This document shows positions 1 through 13,689 of a stretch of DNA of 64,000 nt, piece after piece. The stretch is taken from assembly GCA_010093705.1 (NCBI GenBank), contig MU006121.1, positions 1 to 64,000 on the forward strand, written 5' to 3'. The translations under genes and the position numbers were made by a program. Within the stretch, counting starts at the first letter, position 1, and each line of letters starts with the position of its first letter. The DNA comes from Patellaria atrata CBS 101060. Its lineage: Eukaryota. The notes under the pieces were generated by a model. It made no database searches, was not told the origin of the DNA, and worked only from the letters and a program-made list of their open reading frames with translations.

Positions 1-775
1 ATAATTATAAAAATAAAATTTAAATTATATAAATATATAATAATATTATTTAATTTAATTAATATTTTAATAATATTTTAAGTAATAATTTATTATATAT
101 TAAAAGAATATTTAAATATATTTATAATTATTTATTTAAATAATATATTAATATATATAAATAGAATTTTTAAAGAATATAAAAAATATATAAAGAAAAT
201 ATTAAGAAAATTATAAAAATAAAACTTTTAATATATTTAAATAAATATAAATTTTATATTAAAAAAATAAAATTTCTAGACTTTATTATTATTATTAAAA
301 GTATATAAATAAATTTAAAGAAGATAATTATAATTAAAGATTAATTAATATTAAAAAATATAAAAAATATATAATTATTTTTAAACTTTATAAATTATTA
401 TAAAAAGTTTATTTAAAAATATTTAAAAATAATAACACTATTATTAAAATTAATAAAGAAGGAAAATATTTTTATTTAAATAAAAAAGATATAAAAAATA
501 TTTAATAAATTTAAAAGAAAATTTATAATAATATTTATCTTAATTATATTTAATTTAAAGAAATTAATAATATTAAAAATTAATATATTTAATTATATAA
601 TAAATATATATATAAATTAGTTAGATAAAAAAGAATAATTATATTTAATAATTTTTTATTTATAAAAGTTTATAATTATAAAGTTAAATTATAATATTTA
701 TAATAAAAAGTAATTAATTATTATCGATATATTTAAATAATAAAGATTATATTTTAAAGAATTTAAATATTATAA
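1..775 (+). mobile_element. Second, truncated copy of the same Gypsy RT/RNase H segment
   Basis: Direct repeat of ~3333-4085. YLDD relic tat tta aat aat at 133-144. Confidence 0.85.
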
Positions 776-900
776 TAATATATTATAATATTAATTCTAT
801 ATTTTTTATATTAAATATTTAATTTATTTATAAGAGATTTTTATTAAATTAAATATAGAAAAAATCTTTAAATATTAATTAATTAAATAAAAGATAATAT
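775..900 (-). repeat. ~125-bp inverted copy of 6176-6300, possibly an LTR end
   Basis: Reverse complement matches 6176-6300 (ttaattaattaatatttaaagat...atatagaattaatattataatatattatt). It starts where the first RT-RH copy is interrupted. Confidence 0.7.
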
Positions 901-2439
901 ATTATATTAATTTATAATTATTATTAATTAATAATTATATTTTATTAAATAAATCATGTTATTTAACTAATAATATTATAATAATAAAATTAATTAAGCT
1001 AAAAATTAAAATAAAGATTTTTTAAATAATAATATATTAATATTTATTATAATCTTAAATATAATATTTTAAATATATTAATAATATATATTAATATATA
1101 ATAAAGTTCTTATTTATTATTATCTTTAATATTATATTATTTAATTATTTTATTAATTATTAATTTATTTATATTTATAAAACTTCTTTATAAATAATAT
1201 ATTTATAATAAATATTTTACTTTTATTTATAATATTAAAATATAATTTAATAATTTAATAATTTTTTTAATAAAAAATATAATTTAAATTAATATTATAT
1301 AATAACTTTTAATAATTTAATTAATTATTTAGTTTATAAAATTTTATAAATTATATTAAAAAAATTATTTAATAAAATAAATCTATTATTTAAATTAAAT
1401 AATAATATAAGATATTTCTATTATTTAAAACTCTTTATATAAGATTAATAAAGATAATAAAATTTTTTTAATAATTATTAATAATAATAATATATATTAT
1501 AAATTAATTAATATAAAATTTATAATTTAAAAATTACTTTTAATTATTTACTTTATAAATATTATAAATTATATCTCTTTATAAAATAATAGAAAGTTAA
1601 ATTTATAAATATAATAAATATTTTATTAAATAAACTTTTATATATTTTATTTATATACTTATTTAAAAGAAAAGAAGTAATTAATATTAAATAATTAAAA
1701 AAGATATAATATATATATAAATATATAAAAAATAATTATTTTATTCTTTAAATAAAAGATATTAAATTTTAATATTATATAACTATTATAGCTATTAATA
1801 ATAAATAATTAATAAATATTAATTATATATATTTTTATAAAATTATTAAAATATTATAATTAAATAAAATTAAACTAATTAATTATCTAATAATTATTAT
1901 TAATTATTAATATTTAGTTAATAAATAGATTTTAATATTAATTTATTTAATAGATTTTATTTATAAAAATAATAAAAAAATATATTTAATAATTATAATT
2001 TATTTATAATTATATAATTATTTAATTATTTATTAATCTATTATATTTAAATTTAAAATAACTTTTAATATTATTATAATCTTTATTATAAATTTAATTT
2101 TATCGAAATTATATATATCTTTATTAAGAATATTATATAATAAATATATTATCTTAATATATTTAAATTATATATTAATTATCTCTAAATTCTTATATTT
2201 AATATATTATAAATAAAATCGATAATTTTATTTTATTTATAATTTTAATTAAATTTTAATAAATTAATTAATTTAATATTTTCTATTTAATTAAAAGAGA
2301 ATTATTTAATTATATATAATTAATAAATAATTTACTATTTATTATATATTAATTATTTATAATAGAAATTTATATTAATTAAACTTTAATATTTATTATA
2401 AATTAAAAAATATAATTTTTAAATTTTTTAAAATATTAT

Positions 2440-5400
2440 AAAATAATAATAAAAAATAATAATATTAATTAATAATAATATTATCGCTTTATTTATTTTA
2501 TTAAATAAATAAAAAAGAAAAATATATTATATATAAAAAAAAAAACTTTAATTATATTATAAATAAAAATATAAAATATAGAAAAAATTTAATTAACTTT
2601 AAAATTATATTAATAAAAATTAATATATAAAGAAAAATTATTATTTAATATATTATTATAATTAATATTAAAAATATAAATATAATTTTAAAAATAGATT
2701 AATTAAAAATAATAAATTTAAATATTAATTAAAAAATAAAAAATATTTAAATTAATTAAAATATTTTAAAAAAAAATAAAGTTAAATAAATAAATATTAT
2801 TATATTTATAAAATATATTTAATATTATAATATAATTAAAATTTATAAAAATAAATTTAAAAATATAAATATAATATAATTTAAAAAAATAATATTAAAA
2901 AATATTTATAAAATATTTAAAATATTTAAAATATTTAAAAAATATAATAAATTAAAAAATTTATTTAAAAAAGATATAATAATTATATTTATAAATTATT
3001 AAATATAAAATTATAATTTAATTTTATCTATTTATTATTATAAAAATAATATAAAATATTTAAGAAATATATTTATATAAATTTAAAAAGAAATATATAT
3101 AATTTAATAAAAGTTTAATAATTTTAATAATTTTATTTATATTAAAAAAGAATAATAAATTAAGATTATATATAATTTATAAATAGTAAAATAATATTAT
3201 AATTAAGAATAAATATTTATTATCCTTAATTTTAGAAATTTAAGATAAATTATAAAAAGTAAAATAATTTATAAAATTTAATATTTATAATAATTATTAT
3301 TAAATTAAAATAAAAAAAGATAATTATAAAAGATAATTATAAAATAAAATTTAAATTATATAAATATATAATAATATTATTTAAATTAATTAATATTTTA
3401 ATAATATTTTAAATAATAATTAATTATATATTAAAAAAATATTTAAATATATTTAAATATATTTATAATTATTTACTTAAATAATATACTAATATATATA
3501 AATAAAATATTTAAAAAGTATAAAAAGTATATAAAGAAAATATTAAGAAAATTATAAAAGAAAAAACTTTTAATATATTTAAATAAATATAAATTTTATA
3601 TTAAAAAAATAGAATTTTAGACTTTATTATTATTATTAAAGATAAATAAATAAATTTAAAAAAGATAATTATAATTAAAAATTTATTAATATTAAAAAAT
3701 ATAAAAAATATATAATAATTTCTAAATTTTATAAATTATTATAAAAAGTTTATTAAAAATAATAAAAAAGAAAAATATCTTTATTTAAATAAAAAAAAAT
3801 ATAAAAAGTATTTAATAAATTTAAAAGAAAATTTATTATAATATTTATTTTAATTATATTTAATTTAAAGAAATCGATAATATTAAAAATTAATATATTT
3901 AATTATATATTAAATATATATATAAATTAATTAAATAAAAAAAAATAATTATATTTAATTATCTTTTATTTATAAAAATTTATAATTATAAAATTAAATT
4001 ATAATATATAAAATAAAAAGTTATTTATAATTATTAATATATTTAAATAATAAAAATTATATTTTAAAGAATTTAAATATATTATAAAAATTTAGTTAAA
4101 TTATTAAAATTTAATAAACTTCTTTATAATAAAATAGTTAAATTTAAGATAAATAAAATAAATAAAAATATTTATATCTTTTAATTTTAAGATATTCTAT
4201 AAATTAAAAATTAAAAATAAATTAACTAATATTATAAATAAAAGATTTAATTATTAAAAAAAATTAATATATAATATAATATTAAAAAGAGAAAATAATA
4301 TAATTATTTATAATTAATTAAAATTAGTTAAAATATTAATAATTAAATTTATAAGAAAATAATAAATTTATAATATTTATTAAAAGAATAATATAATAAA
4401 GAAATTTTAAAAAAGTAATAATTTTAAAATAATAAAAATAAATTTAAAAATATAATTATATAATAAATTATATAATAAATTATATTTATATTAATAATAT
4501 TATAAAAGACTTTTATTAAAAAAATTTATAAAATATTAATATATAATTATTAAAGTATTAATAAAATTTTAAAATAAATTTTAAGAAATTATTATTTTCT
4601 AAAAATAAAGAATATAATAAAATAAATTATTTTAAAATATAATAATTATATATAAAATAAAAGTATAAAATATATATATTATAAATAAAAATAATATATT
4701 AAATTATTAAAATAAATATAAAATTAAATAATTATAAATTTTATTATAAATTTATTAAGATTTAAAAATCTAGTAATAAAAATAGAATATAATATAATAT
4801 TAATTATTATAGAATAATTAATAAAATTTATCTATTTTATATTAATAAAGATAATAATAATAGTATTATAAATAATAATACTATAAATAATAATATTATA
4901 AATAATAATATTAATTAATTATTAAATATTAAAAAAGATTATTTTAAATTAAAATAAATTATTTAAATTAATATTTTAAAAAACTTTAATATAAAGTTTA
5001 AAGATAAATAATAAATTATTAATAAACTTTTATTTATAAATAAATAATTAAACTAAAAAAATAAATTAATTTTTAAAATAATATTTATATAATTATATAA
5101 ATTATTAATAAAATAATTAGATAAAATTATTATTAATAATATAATTTATATATAATAATATAAAATTTAATATTATAAAAATTTTACTTTTCTATTTAAA
5201 TTATAGTTTTAAATTAAAAGTATATTATAAATCGAGAATAATTTAAAATATTTTATAAAAAGTAATATTAAAAGTTTAATAAATTAAAAAATTATATATA
5301 TAATTATTATAAAATATAATTTTCTAGATAATAAAAGTTATAAAATATAATAATTAATATAAATTATTAAAATTAATCTTTAAAAAAAAGAATAAAGTTT

Positions 5401-5800
5401 ATTTATTATAAAAAAACTTTAAAATAAAATAATTTAATAAAAAACTAAATTATAAAAAATTAATTTCTTTAAAATTAAATAAATTAAAAAAAAAGTTAAT
5501 TATAAATTAAAATTATTATAAAAAATAAAGATATATTTAATTTTTTAAATATTATTTTTAAAATTAGTATATATTAATATTAAATCTTTAAATATAATCT
5601 ATAAATTTTAAAGAAAAAAATATTTATAAAATAAAATAAATTTTAAATTTATAATAAATAAAGAATTAATATAAATATTTAATAAAATAGAAAAATTATA
5701 AATATATAAATAATATATAAAAATTATTTTAATATTTATTAAATTATAAATAAAAACTTAAAAAGTTTTATTAATAAAATTAGAAAATTCTATTTTTAAA
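2440..5800 (+). mobile_element. RIP-inactivated Ty3/Gypsy (chromovirus) pol relic: PR-RT-RH-IN-chromodomain
   Basis: Allowing only G>A/C>T reversion: ~2462 ata tta att aat aat aat att atc gct tta ttt att = ALIDSGATALFI (protease); ~3130-3500 ILFVPKKDGKLRLC...NRYPLPLI...MPFGLTNAPATFQ...YLDD (tac tta aat aat at 3474-3485); ~4180-4245 FDFKIFYKPG..N..ADA.SR (RNase H end); 5040-5160 TDGQTERVNQ.LEQYLR.YVNYQQDNW..LLP.AQFAYNN (integrase); ~5460-5570 GPFKI...YKL.LP..MKIHPVF; 5676-5726 YLVKWKGY....NTWEP (chromodomain). Domain order is Gypsy-type. Confidence 0.88.
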
Positions 5801-6901
5801 AATAAAGAAATTTAAACTAAATTAATTAAGGAAAAATTAAAACTATAAAAAAAAATAAAAGAAAATAAAGAAATTTATTATTTTTTAATTTTTTATTTTA
5901 AAATTTTAAACTTTTTAATAAAATTAAATTTATAATAAATTATTTTATTCTTTTTATATTTTAATAAATAAAATTATATATAAAAATAATAAGTTTAAAT
6001 ATAAATAATTTTTTTAATATCTTTAATTATTATAATAATATAATATAATTATAATAATTATATTTTAATTATCTTTATTATTAACTATTAAATATAGAGA
6101 TTAAATTAAAAAATAATAATATTATAAACTTAATATTTATATATAATAATTCTATTTTATTAAATTTTAATTTAATTATTTTTTATTTAATTAATTAATA
6201 TTTAAAGATCTTTTCTATATTTAATTTAATAAAAATCTTTTATAAATAAACTAAATATTTAATATAGAAAATATAGAATTAATATTATAATATATTATTA
6301 TAATTATATTAAATTAAAAGTAAAGTTTTATTTTTAAAATATTTAATTTATTTTAATTCTTTTAAATTATTATTAATTTATACTTTAATTTATAAATAAT
6401 ATATTTAAAATAGAAATTAGAAAAAAGATTTAAATAATAAATATAAAATTAATAAAAATAGAAAAAATAAAAAGTTAATATTATATAATTAAACGATTTA
6501 ATTTAAATAATAAAATATTAATAGTAAATTATATAAAATTTAGTTTTAAATATTTTAAAAGAAAAAAAGAAAATATATATATAATTTAATAAATAATATA
6601 TATATATTATTTTATATTTAATTTAAAAGATTAAAATTTTAAAATAAAAATTAAAAAAAAGAAAAATAATATTATAATTATAAGTTAATAAAAGTATATA
6701 ATTAATAAATTAAGAAAATAAAAAAACTATAATATAATTATAAAAAAAACGATAATATAAAAATTATATAATATAAATAAAATAAATATAAAAGAGATTT
6801 TATATTTAATATAAAATAAATATAAAATAAATATAATAAATATAAAAAAAATTCTATATTTAATATATTTAAAAATATAAAATAATAAAATTAAATTCTA
6901 A

Positions 6902-9010
6902 AAAATAAAAATATTTAAAAATAATTTCTTTTTTTATATATTATAATTTTTTATAATTATTTTTACTATTTATTTTATTTATAAATTTAAATATTATAAA
7001 TTTAAATTTAATTTTATTTATTAAATTATTTTTATATAATATATTTTATCTTATTATAAATATTATTTAAAATTAAAAAATTAATAAATTATATTATTAT
7101 AAATATTATTTATTATAAAATTTATTTTATTAAAATTATAAAAATTATATATTTTAAATTATATATTTTATTTATATATTAATTATTAAATAAAATTATA
7201 TATTTATTATATTTAAATTTTTATAAAAAGCTTTTTAAAAATTATAAATATAAGAAAAATATATTTTTAACTTTAATTATTATTTAATAAAATTCTTTAT
7301 TTAATACTTTTTAATATATTTTATAATATATTTTATAAAAAATTAATTAATTATCTTTTTTTTATAAATTAATTAAGATAAAAACTTTTATATAATTTAA
7401 TTTAAAATATATAAAATAATTATCTTTTTTTAATTTTTAATAACTTTTAAAAATTAAAATAATAATTATATTTAAAAGATTAATTATTTATTTTTATATA
7501 AAAAATAATTTTAAAAATATTATAAATTATTATAATTTTTTAATAATTAAATTTTTTATTATATTTTAAAATTTAAATAATAAAAATATTTTTATTTTTA
7601 TTTAATTATATAAATTCTATTAATTATAAAAAAAATATTATTATAAAAAAAAATTATAATATATAAAAAAAAATTATTTATTTATATATATTATTTATTT
7701 ATTAATTATATTAAATATTTATATATTAATAAAAATATTTAATTTAATTTATAAATATTTTTTTATTTATTTAATTATTTTATAAGATTTTATTAATTTA
7801 AAAAAAAACTATTTTTAATATATTAAAGTATAAAATAATTAATATATTAAAATATAAAATAATTAATATATTAAAGTATAAAATAAATATATTATTATAA
7901 ATAATATTTATTATAAATAATATTTATTATAAATAATATTTATTATATTTAAATCTTTATAAAAAAAATTTAAAAATTATAAATATAAGAAAAATATATT
8001 TTTAACTTTAATTATTATTTTTTAAAATTCTTTATTTAATATATTTTAATATATTTTATAAAAAATAGATTAATTATCTTTTTTATATTAAATAATTAAA
8101 GTAAAATCTTTTATATATTTAAATTTAAAATATATTAAATAATTTATAATAATTATAAATTATAAGAATATATAAATAATAAATAATAAATAAAGAAAAA
8201 AAAGAAATATTATTTAAAAAAAAATTATAAATAAAATAAATAATAATAAATTATATAATTTAAATATTTTATTTATAAAAAATAATTAAATAATTAAATA
8301 ATTAAAATAATTAAATAATTAAAATAATTAAAAAAGATTATATAATTTAAATATTTAAATATTTAAATATTATAATTATAAAAAATAATTAAAATATAAA
8401 TTTATTAAATTAATTATAAAGAATAAAAATATTTAAAAATAATTTTTCTTTTATATATTTAAATTCTTTATAATTATTTTTATTATTTATTTTATCTATA
8501 AATTTAAATATTATAATTTTAAATTTAATTTTATTTATTATATTATTTTTATATAATATATTTTATTTTATTATAAATATTATTTAAAGTTAAAAAATTA
8601 ATAAATTATATTAATAATTTAAAATATCTTTATTATATATATTTTATTATTTTATTAAATTTACTTTAATAATTAATTATATTAGATAAAAAATTAATTT
8701 TATTTTTAATTTTATTTTATTTTATTTTAATAAATATAAACTTTTATTATAATATAATTATTTTTTTTTAATTTTTATTTATTTTTAAAAATTAAGATAA
8801 TAATTATATTTAAAAGTTTAACTATTTATTTTTATATAAAAAATAATTTTAAAGATATTTTAAATTATTTTAATTTTTTAATAATTAAGTTTTTTATTAT
8901 ATTTAAAATATAAATAATAAAAATAATTTAATTTTTATTTAATTATATAAATATTATTATTATAAAAAATAATTATAATATATAGAAAAATATATTATTT
9001 ATTTATAAAT
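6902..9010 (+). repeat. Shuffled dispersed duplications and short tandem arrays within the AT block
   Basis: ~6902-7096 matches ~8421-8613; ~7205-7410 matches ~7941-8140; ~7415-7680 matches ~8754-9010. A 24-bp tandem (aatatattaaagtataaaataatt) x3 at ~7818-7890 and a 16-bp tandem (attataaataatattt) at ~7893-7945. Confidence 0.75.
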
Positions 9011-10326
9011 TATATTATAATTAAAAATAAATATTAATTATTTTTAATTTTAAAAATTAAAAATAAAAAATAAATTATAAAATAAATTATAAAATTTAAT
9101 ATTTTAAAAATTATTATTAAATTTATATATTTTTTAATATATTTTTTAATTAAAGATTTTAATTATATAAATTTATTTTATAAAAATATTATATATAATT
9201 TAAAATTATTTAATAAATATAAATATTTTATCTTTTTAAAAAATTAATATAATCTTTTAATAATAATTATATTTTAAAAAATTAAAATACTTTTAAAAAT
9301 AAATATATAAATTATTTTATTTATATTATAAAATATAATTTTTTTTCTTTTTTTTTATAAAATATTTCTCTTTTTTATAAATTTATTATTAAGAGATAAT
9401 TAAAGTTTTATATTATATTAATAATTATTTATAAAAGTATTTAGTAATTTAAATAATATTAAACTATTTCTATTAATAAGATATTTAACTATTTATTATT
9501 AATTCTCTTATCTCTAAAATATTTAAAGGAAATGATTATATCTTCATGGCACTCCACGTATTTTGTACGCTTTCATAGCTATGACTTACGACTTGCCTGT
9601 ATAGGCAATAGAAATCCCACAAAGACCATGAATTTATTGTAGTCGATGGGGTGTATAGCAATGTACAGCTATCGTGGAGTTCGGAATCCAGGAGACGATG
9701 TGACTCTGCAATTGCTTCACCGGACCAGCTGAATCATCACTGCACTTGCCCACAGCCTAGGGACGGGCGGAGTACTCAATGACAAGGCAAATTTGAGTCT
9801 GAACAAGTAGACAATACACTAGACGAAGTGACGGTGAGAGTTAAGGGGGGAATCCAAAGATGAGGCGAAAATACTACACAGCGTGCTGTTGTTGCCTTCT
9901 ATTGTTACCTTAACCCCCTATTGTTAAAAGAAAATCATACAGACAAGTACTGTACAGCCCTATTTGGCGGTTACGACTCATATCTCATATCAAGGTAGAA
10001 TATACAGTAAGGTAAGCATGCATCAGAATACACCAGTTGAAGGACAGAGTGACCTGGAAAAGTTGAGATGATGAAGTTCTACGGATTCGGATTTTCTCTC
10101 ACGCCGATTATCGAGATGTCATCAAATTTCCTAATCGATAAAGAATTACCTGAATCAGTTTGACAGGACTCAACGACGATAACCTTCCAAACTTTTCCTC
10201 AATACTTGCTTTAAATGAAAATATCTTTCATAGACTGGAACCTATAGATCTACATCTCACCATTTCTCTTTTCTATCCACAAAACACACTTCAATTGTGA
10301 ATTTTCCGAGCTCAAGATTGGGCGAC

Positions 10327-12136
10327 ATGTCGCGCCCTTTAACGCCTGATGTATATTCCAATGGCATACAGATGCCACAAACCCCAAGGAGATCTGGCCT
10401 TGCTCTTACGGAATATAGCGCAAATCCCTCCCCTCCATCAGAAAGCGTCCAAGCTCGCCACCAATCCCTAGTCCCACCAGCTTTTCTACTACCAACTGGA
10501 TATCCTGATGTGTGTGCGAAAAGGCCCTCGTTGTGTCCAGTCACAGCTCTCTGACTGTTGCGTAGTACCTACGATTGATACTTACCTCCAAAGTGTACGA
10601 AGTGGTCGAGGAGACACCCCTCACCCATGCTAAAAACTTGAGCAATCGCCTCGAATGCAATGTCTTACTCAAACGAGAAGATCTACAGCCCGTGTTCAGC
10701 TTTAAGCTAAGGGGCGCATACAATAAGATGGCACATCTTGATCATCGTGAGAGATGGAAGGGTGTGGTATGCAGCTCAGCAGGTTCGTAGGATAACCTTA
10801 CGTTACGCTCAGGAAACCAATCTGATAGCGTACAGGAAATCATGCGCAGGGTGTTGCATATTCTGCGCGCAAGCTCAAGATCCCCGCCACTATTGTGATG
10901 CCCGAAGGTACCCCAGAGATAAAACACAGGAATGTCTCGCGTCTCGGAGGTTGCGTCGTGCTCCACGGAGCCGATTTTGATGCGGCCAAAGCAGAAGCAC
11001 ATCGACTAGAAAAGCTTCACGGGCTCGCACAAATTGCCCCTTTTGACGACCCTTATGTCATTGCGGGACAAGGCACAATCGGAATGGAGATTCTGCGGCA
11101 GACGAACCTGCAGCACCTCGAAGCAGTATTCTGTGCAGTTGGGGGAGGTGGTCTCATTGCTGGCATTGGGGTCTACATAAAACGAATTGCACCTCATGTC
11201 AAAGTCATTGGGGTAGAGGCACACGACGCCAATGCAATGGTGGAATCCTTACATCGTGGAAAGCGCGTTGTTCTTCAAGACGTAGGTCTCTTCGCCGACG
11301 GAGCGGCCGTCAAGACCGTAGGCGAAGAGACTTTCCGTCTATGCACCGACGTAGTCGATGAAGTTATTCTAGTGGACACCGACGAGACTTGCGCAGCTAT
11401 CAAAGACGTTTTCGAGGATACCCGATCAATCCTGGAACCCGCAGGTGCACTCGCCCTTGCCGGGCTCAAGAAATACGTAGCCAAATATCCATCCCCGAAC
11501 CCAAGCCGCTCACTAGTCGCCATTGCTTCAGGCGCAAACATGAACTTCGATCGTTTACGATTCGTCGCGGAGCGCGCGGCCCTGGGTGAGGGGAAAGAAG
11601 TCCTACTCAGCGTGACGATCCCAGAGCAACCCGGCTCGTTTGCTGAATTGGTCAAAACAGTCCACCCAGCGTTTGTCACGGAATTTAATTACAGATATGC
11701 GCGCGAAGGCAGTGCCAACATCTTAATGGGCCTGTCTCTTAATGCCGCATCTCGCAGTCAGGACCTACAAGACCTCGTCGCTCGCCTTGAAGAGAAGGGC
11801 ATGACAGCCACGGACCTCAGCGGTGACGAGTTAGCTAAGAGCCACATCCGATATCTCGTCGGGGGTCGAAGCGCCATCAAGGACGAACTACTGTATATGT
11901 TTGAGTTCCCGGAACGGTCTGGTGCTCTATATAAGTTCTTGACGACACTACAACCTGGATTTAACATCAGTCTATTCCACTACCGCAACTACGGCGGCGA
12001 CGTCGGGAAGATCCTCGCGGGAATTCAGTGTCCAGAGGGCGAGGAGGCGGGCTTGCAGAGTTTCCTGAAGGAGATAAGGTACCCCTTCAAGGAGGAGACA
12101 AATAATCCAGTTTACAAGATGTTTTTGCAGGAGTGA
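10327..12136 (+). CDS. ILV1: Threonine dehydratase/deaminase, biosynthetic (PLP-dependent, C-terminal regulatory domains)
   Basis: Exons 10327-10509, 10566-10782, 10836-12136; introns 10510-10565 and 10783-10835. Motifs [26 protein letters not shown] (across the splice), [45 protein letters not shown]. Confidence 0.97.
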
Positions 12137-13689
12137 GAGTCATGCGGAAAGAGATACCCCAAAAGCTTGCATTTAGATGGGAGGTTGCTTAATAAATTAA
12201 TATGTGGTTTACTATATAAGGCTGCTCTGCTAAGGAATTACATTTATGCTTGATGATTGGACGACAGATAGGCGGGTTTTCTGTACGACATAGACATCAT
12301 TGGACAATGGGATGGGCTTGTATATTCCTGAATTGATGAGCTTATGAGATCATAGATCTATATATCTGTTCCTAGATTGAGCCTTATCTCAAGCCCTGAA
12401 TTCACAATTTATCGGCGTAATGTGTCTCCTATACTTCATATTATTCACGGTTCCTTTATCTTATGCTTTTCAATAGTAGAATTTTCACCCTCGGGTAAGG
12501 CAACCAAAACAGCATTCACATCCCCTGCCTACATCATCATAACAGAGCTGATGACCCCGGACCCACCAAAAAAATTAAGCACGCTTACTTTATGCCTTGA
12601 AAATACAGCTCGCAACATATCCTTGCAATTGTATTTGCCTTACGCTTCACATGGCGAAAAGCGGTGATGCGGAAGGTGTCAGAGTTATAGGGAGATGTAT
12701 GGTAGCACGACTCGGTGATGGAAAGGGGGACAGGCATCCGAAGTAGTTAATTTACGCCCCTTTTATAGTGTATGGTATAGGGTAGAGATGAAAAGCGTTG
12801 AAAAGTCGTTTGGAGTTGGGGCGAAGCGCATAGGGCTGTGATTCAAGGGCGTTCCGGGAAATAGCACGATTCGGTGGTGAAAAAGGGGATGGACATCTGA
12901 GGTCCCCCGATCAGCATTGTTAATCCCCATTTGGTGGGTTAGAGGGTGGAGTCGAAAGGGCGCTGGAAAATTCATTGAAAGTGAGGGCGGAGGGAGTGGG
13001 GTTTGGAGTTGGGTTCGATGTTGGGGCTGGGGCGGTTGCTGAATTTTCACCCCTTGGATTTGCCTCTCTCTTCTGGGTGGTTGTGAAAAAGTGGAAAGGA
13101 GGTCTGAATAGTGGTATGTAGGAAATTGACTAAATGAAATGATTAAATAACAGTTGAGACATCAGGATGGTCGTGGTTGAAATGGGATTATAGGCGGTGG
13201 AGAAGCTTATGAACGATTAGGTAGAGCTGGAAGAGAAATGAGGAGCTCGAAGCGAACCGGAGACATTACAGATGATTGAATAAGAAGGACGGTTGTAGAA
13301 GAAAGCAGTAGTCTATTGGGTATATTCGATGTTGAAGTAATACTCTGCCAGCATGCCATGGACTCTAGCCGTACCCGTACCCCTGACTAAAAACAGAAAC
13401 CCCACCCAAAGCCATATCCTGATAAGGACAAGAACTAAGAGATGCTTGATAATGAATGATAAACCCAACAAAAAACCCTCAAGTAAAGCATAACAAGGAA
13501 AAGAATCAAAAAAGTCTATCGTGAGTGAATGCCGAACTCCCTAACTCCAGACGCCGAGAGCATATGCTATGCTTAAAGCACTGCTATCATGTTAGTCTTA
13601 TATTTCATAAAGAAATAAACAATATTACATGAGAGTTACTTACAAGACAAATCGAAAGGTAGAATGTGCATAAAGAGGTCTGGGAAGTC

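Larger units (their letters stand above)
1..9530. repeat. AT-rich block of RIP-degenerated transposable elements; left edge lies outside the window
   Basis: Almost only A/T. CpA/TpG nearly absent, TpA abundant, surviving Cs mostly in CT or TCG contexts. Several internal duplications. Abrupt return to ordinary composition at ~9530. Confidence 0.95.

Noticed and set aside
7818..8335. Short periodic repeats as a CRISPR-like or telomeric array
   Set aside because: No unique spacers; AT-only tandem expansions in RIP-degraded DNA of a eukaryote.
1..9530. Mitochondrial insertion or contaminant as the source of the AT block
   Set aside because: No mitochondrial genes or RNAs are recognisable; Gypsy motifs and CpA depletion explain it better.
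10234..10326. Stop-free in-frame extension upstream of the ILV1 ATG as a non-AUG mitochondrial presequence
   Set aside because: 31 open codons is unremarkable by chance, and the near-cognate starts (ATT/GTG) add only 10-11 aa.
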